Below, in pieces: positions 54,757-63,700 of a DNA stretch of 64,000 bases; the first letter of the stretch is position 1; every line of letters starts with the position of its first letter. The DNA is from Candidatus Omnitrophota bacterium (GTDB lineage: Bacteria; Omnitrophota; Gorgyraeia; Zapsychrales; Zapsychraceae), in contig JAGOSC010000001.1 of the NCBI GenBank assembly GCA_018062515.1, positions 40,765 to 104,764 on the forward strand, written 5' to 3'. Both the position numbers and the translations under genes were made by a program. The notes beneath the pieces were generated by a model. That model was not told the DNA's origin, searched no databases, and saw only the letters and a program-made list of their open reading frames with translations.

Positions 54757-57700
54757 TTATCTTACGCTGCTCAACATCTCTTCTTCGTTCACTGTCGCAC
54801 CCAAAAGAAGCGGTAAATTGGTGATTGGCGTTATGTTAATGATAATGGGCGATAAACCTTCGCCGATGTGGATATTTTGTAGATTTTGATTAACATTCGG
54901 CGCGTTAAAACTTTGACCTTTTCCTTGAATTTCGAGATCTAGTAAGCCGGGATTAAAATCAATACCACCGACTTCTTTTCCCAATATGCTTTTATCGGAA
55001 TTTTGCATCTCGCTCGCGCCACTCACGTATTTACCAAAAGGAACCTTCGCTTGGTCTGACGGATCTTTGGTCGGGTCTTGGCCAGGTATCGCGTTTGTTT
55101 TCATCTCTTTTCCAATCTTTGCAATTAAATCTTTGGCCTTGTCTTGTAGTCCATCCGCTTCAAAACGATTAAGCACATTTTTTAAAACAGCGTCAGGTTG
55201 AACGAGGGATTCTAACATTGATTTAAGCAAAGTCTCTTCGGATGATAATGTTTGTTCTTCAGCTGTCTGTTTAGATCTTTCTTCTTCAACTAACTTTTTA
55301 TATTGATCTGGCAAGTTACTCATCGTTACTTTTTGATTGACATCGTGACCATATTTGATCGTCAGATTATCCCGATTTTTGTGACGGACCAGAGAACGGT
55401 AAACTCTCTCCATATTATTTTTGATAGTGGCTTCGTCTCTGTAGTTAGGAGCAAAATCATATGAATGAATCTCAATCTTTTTTAAACTTGATACTGTTTC
55501 CAATTGTTCTAAATATGATAAAGAAGGTATGTTTATCTCCTCTAAATTTTCAGGAAAATCTATATTTTCCATATTTAAATTGCGATTATCCGCATCGCGC
55601 AATACTAATTCTTTTAAAAACTTAAAATTTTTCAAATAACTTAAAATCCTTTCTCGAGCGGCATCGTCCATCTTCTCAACAGATAATTTAATATTACTTA
55701 TATTCTCTAAATGACTAGGCCAGGAAAGTATTTTAATTATTGCCTCTGGTTCCAAACCAAAAATACTTAATCCGCTAATTTCTCCTTTTCTATTAAATCT
55801 TAATGTTTCTTTAAGCATCTCCCTCTCAATAGACAGATCTTTGACGGCCGCATCCAATGTCTTTTCACTGTTTAAGGTCATCATATGCCCTTGCGACGTA
55901 AGGATAGCCAAATTATCCCGATTCTTATGATGATTTAAGAAATCTATCAAAAGATCATCCTTAAAACCTGTGGCATACACACTTAAATATTCCAAGTTTT
56001 CCAGGTATTGTAGATTCTTTAATCCGGCTATAGTTATATTTTCTTTGTAAAGGATTAACTCTTTCAGGCTCTTTATTTTTGTTAAATATTTGAAATCGAC
56101 ATCATTATTTTCGTTTGTGGAATATTGTAATTTTTTCAAATTCTTCAGTTTTGGTAAATGCTTAGCTCTATTTTTCATTTCAACATTGTAAAGATATAAT
56201 TCTTCCAAATCATCGCTTAATTGTTCCAACCCAACAAATATTTTATCCATAATTTTTTCGTCGAGAGAACTGTTATCTAAATCTAAAACGAATTTTCCGT
56301 CACTGTTGAGTGTCAATCGTTCTTTACCTAAATTCTTATTAAGACCAAGATTTTCTAAATATTTACGGGCTATGGCCAAACGTTTATCCAAAGCAGCGGA
56401 TGTTTCTTTCGGGTCAGCGATTTTATATTCCGAAGGTACGTCGTCAAGAAATAAAGTTTTACCCGAAGAAGACACAACAGAGAAAATTTTTGGTTCTGGA
56501 GAATTATATTGCATAATAAGTTTAAAAATAGCGTCATCGCTCACCGCAGTATCTTTAAAATTTAAACTTTGTAATATAGGCAGCCCTAATAAATGTTTTT
56601 CTAATCCCACATCAGTCACTTTTGTTCCTTCAAGATCAAGGCTTGACAATCCTAACCCTTTTAAATGCACTAAGCCGTTATCGCTTATATTCGTTCCGTC
56701 TAGGATTAAAATTATTAAATTGGGTAACTCTCTAATCTGGACTAATCCCGCATCGGTCACCTTCGTTTGTCTAAGATTTAATATGCCTAACTTATGCAAA
56801 CTCTTTATATGTGCTAATCCATCATTGGTGACGTTCGTTCCCTTTAAATCCAAACGTACCAAATTGGGCAAATCTTTAATGTACCCTAATCCTGAGTCGC
56901 TCACCATTGTATCGTTAAGCATTAATTCTTTTAAATTCGACATCCCTTTTAAATTCATTAACCCGCTATTGGTCACAGCCATTCCACTAAGATTTAACAT
57001 GTTTAGGTTCGTCAAACGGCTGATATCAGAAAGGATATTGTCAATATCAATAATATCGGCATCTATACTTAATCCGCTTAAATCCAACTTCATAAATTTT
57101 TCCTCACCTAATAAATCAACTCGTTCTTTTATTTCGTTAAGTTTGACAACACCCAAATCTCCTAAAATTTTAATGGCCAAATTCACCTGGTCGTCCAGGC
57201 TGAGCCCCTCTTTCTGTTCCGCGATTTTGTGCTCAGGTAGATCCTTAACTGTAAGTTTAGTATTTGAATCGGTAAGAATTTCCAGATTTTTCTGATTAGC
57301 ATGCTGTTCAATAAATTTCAAAAACGCATCCTTAGATATTCCAGCTTCAAGAAACAATAATTTTAGATTTTTTAAACTTAGTAAATTTGATAGTCCAGCC
57401 TCCGTAATTTTTGTTCCATCAAGATAAAGACTTTCTAAATTTAATTTACTCAAACTTGGCAGCCCGGCATCCGTGACTTTAGTGTTTGTAAGATCCAAAT
57501 GTTTTAAAAATGTTAATTCTTTTAAATATTCTAACCCGTCGTCACTTATATTCGTATCTTTAAGTTCCAAATGTATTAATTTTGTCAAACCTTTTACATG
57601 TTGTAACCCCGCATTACTTATACTTGATCCACTGAGATTTAAAAATTTCAAATCCGTTAAACGGCTGATTTCGGAAAGCTTATTGTCCATTTGATCATTT

Positions 57701-60700
57701 TTGAGACCTGACAAATCCAAACTTATCCATTTCTGTTGAGCGTCATTTCGTATATTTATTCGCCCCTTCATTTCTTCGAGATCTTTTACCCCAAAATCAT
57801 TCAATATTTTTTTGGCTATTTCTTCTTGTTCGTCCAGGCTGAGGGTTTCTTTCTGCCCCGCGGTTTTATATTCCTCAGGCACGTCAGTTATTGTGATTGT
57901 TTCAGTCGGGGAATATATGATTCCTAAATTATCCCGATTTGGATGCTGCACAATAAATTCATAAATAGCTTTATCGGTTAACTGTGTATCGTCACCGACA
58001 TTTACATCTTCCTCTAAATGTGTGTCTGTTCGAAAATGAAGATCCAGGGTTTCCAATTTTTTCAGTGAAATCAGGTATTTTAATCCCGAATCTTGAATGC
58101 GATTGTTCGAAAAAGTCAGTTTCTTTAAATTCGTTAGCTGACCAACCCTGAAAAGAATATTGTCTTCTATTTTATGTTTGCTTCTAAGGTCTAACTCCAA
58201 TTCTCCCTGATCATTGACGTGTAATCGATCCATTGAAATATTTAATTCAAGCAATACTTTTCGAGCTTCAATTATCTGCTCATCCAGAGTGAGGGGCTTT
58301 TTCTGCTCAGCGGTTTTATATTCCTCAGGCACGTCATTTATGGTAATAAGCTTCCCAGAACTTGATATAACAGCCAGATTGTCTCCATTTTCATGTTGGC
58401 TGATAAAATTTTTAATGGCATCATCACTTACTTTCGTAGCTACAAATATCGCAGATCCCAAATTCGGCAATTTATTTAAATACGGCAATGCGGCATCAGT
58501 AACGTTCGTATCAGTCAAATTAATAAACTTCAGATTCAGTAAATCTAAATACTTTACCGATGTATCATCCACTTGGGTATAGTCAAGATATAATGCCTCT
58601 AAAGTCGTCAGAAGACGAATATTGAAAAGCCAAGTATTGATATTACTGTTTGTTAAATTTGATAAAATCACTCCAATAACTTCTTCCTTATCATTTTTTA
58701 TGATTCGATCTTTGATAGCGTCATCCGCAACGTCCAATCCTTTTAATAATTGACGGGCCATGTCCTCAACGGTGAGAGGTTTTTCCTGCTCCGCGGTTTT
58801 GTATTCATCCGGCACGTCATCTATGGTCAAATACGGGCCGCCCGCTCCAACCTCCAATTTTTGATTCGGATGTTGTACTATAAATTTATATATTTCTTCA
58901 TTACTTATATCTGATCTAGAAAAATATAAATTCTCTAAATATAGCAGACCGTTAAAATACTTTAACTTCGAGCTGGTTATGGTTACGCCTCCAAGAAATA
59001 GCCATGTGAGGTCTTTATCTTTTAATCCAGCAAGAACTTGGTCAATATTATTATCATTCAAATCATCTATGTGTGCCTTCAATTTTCCGCCTTCAACCAA
59101 TACAATGGGTTCTTTGATTCCTAAATTTCTTAACAATTCTTTGATCTGTGTCACTTGATCCTTCAAACTAGAAGGTTTTTTCTGCTCCTCGGTTTTGTAT
59201 TCATCCGGCACGTCGCTTATTCCAATCGTCTTACCAGAGGCTGAGATGACTTTCAGGTTATTTCGATTCATATGTTGTCCTAAAAATTTTTTAATATCGT
59301 CTTCACTTACATTCGTTCCAGATAAATCTACATAACGCAAATTTGGTAATTCAAGCAAAGGCGTAAGTCCAGAATAACTCACCTTTGTTCCCCTCAAAAA
59401 CATTGTTTCTAAATTTTTATTATTTAAATATGATAATTCTGAATCACCCACATCTGTGTTAGTAATATCCAATCTTGTCAATTTTTTCAATCCGTTAATT
59501 TGCTCTAAGTCATTCCCCTTTAATTTTAATTTAGTCCCTTGTAAAGTTAAATCTTCCAAAGTATCTAGCCGCGCCACGTCATAAAGTATTTTTGAGAAAT
59601 CTTTATTATCAGCAAATAAACTGAGGGACAATCTAAATAATTCACCTTGAGAGTTGACGCCTATGCGCAAATCACGCCGACCTTTTTCTAAAACTCCTAC
59701 ATCCTTTAATATTTTATGGGCCAGATCTATTTTTTCCTCCACGGAAAGTTCTTTTTTCTGTTCTGTGGTTTTGTATTTATCCGGCACGTCTGTTATGCCA
59801 ATGGTATGGTGCCTTCTTATAAACTTTCCTGACTTAACACTTATCTCATGCGCTAACGTAACTCTTATATTATCCCGATTCTTATGCTGCACAATAAATT
59901 TATAAACAGCTTCATTGCTAACTTGTGTCTCATGAAGATTTATCTCTTCCAAGTTTTCTAAATCTTTAAGAAGGAGGAGGTGTTCATCCGTCAAATTTGC
60001 TATCGAATTAAGAAGCAGATATTTTAAATTTGTCAAACGGTTAACGTCCGAAAGCACCTGACTAATATCATTACTCACCAGGTCAGATAAATTAAATCCT
60101 TCCAACTCTCCAGAGTCGTTCTTCAGTATTCGAGCTTCAACTTTCAAAAAACTCGAGCTAAAAGCCATATTTTTTAATAGTTTTGTGACTAAATCAAGCT
60201 GTTCTTCAGAGCTGAGAACTTCCTTCTGTCCCGCGGTTTTATATTTCTCAGGCACGTCACTAATTTTGTAAACAGTTCCGTTGTCATTTTTTCCCCACCC
60301 GTCCCCATAATATAATTTAACGGATAGATTATTCTGATTTTGATGCTGTCCGATAAATCTTTTAATAGCATCTTCGCTTACTACCTTTTTATAAAACGTT
60401 ACTTCTTTCAAATTCGGCAGTGCCAATAAATATGGCAGTTCGGCATCGGTGAATGCCGGTCCATTAAAGGTCAATTTTATCAAATTCGGAAGACGATTGA
60501 AATTCAGAAATATAGACTTGAGACCTTCAATGTCAAAATTTGATAAATTTAACGTGAATCCTACCCGATCGTATCTTTTTGATATTCGTTCCTCAATGCC
60601 AATCGCTGACTCCCCCTGCTTTTTTAAAATTTCCTGAGTCAGTTTCACCTGTTCATCCAAGCTGAGTTCTTCTTTCTGTTCCGCGGCTTTATATTCATCA

Positions 60701-63700
60701 GGCACGTCTTTTATTGTAATTTCTTTTCCGAATGCATGAACTGTTAAATTATCTCTATTTTTATGCTGCCATATAAATTTCTTTATGGCATCCTCAGTTA
60801 CTTTGGTTCCATTAAGATATAAGTTTTTTAAATTTGACATTAAGATTAAATACTCTAACTGTTTATCGGTTGTATCCGTATCATGCATGTCTAATGTTTC
60901 TAATTCAGTTAAATGCTTTATATCGTGAAAAATTGCCTGTTTCGTTGGCTCTAACAATGCTACACTTAATTCAGTTACTCCATAGTCATTAGTATCCATA
61001 AACAGATTACTTTTTGTAATGCCTAGCTTTTTTAATATTTTAATTGCCAAGTCAATTTGTTCTTGCCTGCTGAGTTTTTCATTCTTTTCCGTTGATTCAT
61101 CTCCAACATTTTCCTTTAATATGACTGAACGCATGACGCCATAGGTATAAACCTCTTCCACTTTGCGCTGAATGTCCTGTAAACTTACCAGTTCAAATGT
61201 ATCGCGCTGAAGGCGGCTGGAAACGTCTTTCTTTATCGCTTCATTCTCGACGGAGGTAGACCGTTGTATGGCTTTTTTAAGGTCGGCGAGTGTAGTGATT
61301 TCGTCAACATAACTGACCGCGTCTGTATATACAGTGAATTTAAATCCTTGTGCAAATAAAAATGCCAAAGCCTCGTCGAGAATCGGATTCCATTTGATTT
61401 CGTTCAAGTTCTCACCCGTTAAAATAATTGTCTTTTTAGAAGTTAAAGGAACACCGCTGCTACTCACATGTGCTTCGGAAGGATTTAGAAAATAGGCTTC
61501 TAGGTCAAATACACCATTCATCCCAAAATCATCACCAGGTGTTTTTTTAATTTGAATAAAGGCGTCCAAAGCCTGATTCAGTTCACTCTGGAACGTTTCA
61601 CTGACTTGAGCCATACGTGGTTGTCGAGGAGTATCTTCTGTTGTACTTCGGGTTAATTTGATTTGCTTGACCGATGGTGGTGTTACGGGCTTAGGATCAT
61701 ATTTTGAGGCTCGATGACTATCTGTATGGACACCCGCCCCATGTCGCCGGCCAATCATTCCTCCCATATCTATTCCTTCTCCAAAGCCATCTCCAAATTG
61801 TTGTCCGAACCCATGTCCTTTTACATCATTCCAAAATTTATCCAGCTTATTTAAAAAACTGTTTGATTTTCCTTTCTGATTCAATGATTCATTCGCCGCC
61901 TGCATTCTTTTTTGTGAAACCTTTCTAATATGACTCTTCAGTCGATTAACTTGACCTATAAGCGTTGACTCCAGATTAGATTTTTGAATTTGATGAATGG
62001 CATCAACAATGTTTCCTTGATAAGACGGATTTTCCAATAATGAAAGCATTTCTTCAAGACGTTCATCTAAAAGACGATATTCATACATTAAGTCCTTAGA
62101 AATTTCGTCTAAAATCCGTTTGATTTTTTGTTCAGTAGGTCGTGTGTTCCGTTTAAGACGATCAGCCAAAGCTTGTTTTTTCTTATTCAACTCAGCTTCA
62201 GTTAATGGCTGATTATTTTGAACAACATGGCTTTCTTCCTCTACATTTTCAACCTCACCCAAATTCCGGATAGCCTCAGCACTGTGGGCGCGTTCTTCCT
62301 CTTTCTCTTCTTCAGAAAGAATTTCTTCCGGTTGTTCTTCCACTGGAATAGATAAATAGTCATTTTCCATTGAGGAAAATAAAATATCCCCGCGAAACTG
62401 CTGATACAAACGTTCTTCTTCATCATTTACCCGCGCGTAAGAAAGCCCTAATTCCCGAGCAGCATCCAAATGTTTTAACGCTAAACGGACCGGATTTATA
62501 GCAAAGACATCATCTAATACACCGGCAAATTGTTCCAGACTCTCGCGTCGATTATTTTTTGCGTGTTCTGGGGTCAACAGAGTATTTGCATAAGTCCATA
62601 ACGTATATTGATACATTGTCCGCATAGTTAAAGGATCATTGCCGTCAATCATCCATTCATCAAATGTTTCAATATCCACGTCGGCTGCCATTTGAGCAAA
62701 ACGTTTTAAACCGTCTGACGGTATACCAAGTACGGAATACTCAAACTCATAACGATGCCCGGCCTCATGACGCAAATCTTCCATATCTTGCTGAAAATCA
62801 CTTCTGAGTACTGAGCGCGTCCGACGGGCATGACTGGTTTCATGGAACATGACATTCTCCCAATAACCATTGATAAATCCCCGCGACCGTTGGACAATTG
62901 CTTTTTGATCTTCCTTCCAATAACCACCACCGTCGTTTGCATCGGCACTGTCCTCCCACACATCAACCTCTCCGTAAAGATCTCCGACCAGATACCAAGC
63001 TATTTTTTTCATCATATTAATTTGCTGGATTTTCAAATCCTTGGCATCTTCCTGGTAATTGATTAATTCCTCGCGAGACGGAAGCTTTTGATTTTTCAAG
63101 AATTTTTGTAAATACAGCTGATAAACAAACTCTTCAGCTATTTTTTCAGGAGATTCACTTGGTAAACCCAAGCGCATATGTAACATACGGAGAAACTCCC
63201 GAGGCGTAGGCTGATGTTCTTTATTTTCAATGTGATTCTGCAGCCATAAATGAATATTCACCATGACCTTAATATCTTCCGTTGATACTTCCTTACCAAC
63301 CATATATGAATCAATAAACTGAACCGCAATTTGCGTTAATTCTTTTTGATTATAACTCCTTAAACGTTTATAAATAACCCGGTTCTGCAAGGCGCTGGAA
63401 AGCTTTTCTCGTCCATGAAAATCCACGGAATTAATGGTGGCAAACAGCGCAAAACCCGGAGCGGCGTTACCAGTCAACACATCATTGAGCCGCCCTTCCA
63501 AAAATCCGCTCGGTAAACGGTTCATTTCACTAATAACAACAATTGATCCTTCTCGTTGCGCCTTCTTGATGAGAGCCACCATTGCATCCGTATCAAAAGA
63601 CGCCGTAATGCGGTAAAAAGTTGTTTCAGGATTTGTTGCAGTTTGCTCTACCGATCCTTCTTTAAATCCATTTTCAGTGAGTGTTTTAACAACACTCACG

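Noticed and set aside
56306-57295. 329-aa plus-strand ORF, the longest plus-strand ORF in the window.
   Set aside because: It lies entirely antisense to the P4 LRR cassette region. Repeat-rich, AT-biased coding DNA often gives long antisense ORFs. Its low-complexity S/L/F-rich sequence has no motifs and no start context.
56400-60760. Regularly spaced near-identical 33-nt repeats that could be mistaken for a CRISPR array.
   Set aside because: The repeats are in-frame parts of a continuous ORF encoding DVPDEYKTAEQK linkers. The 'spacers' are 400-600 bp LRR-coding segments. There are no cas genes.
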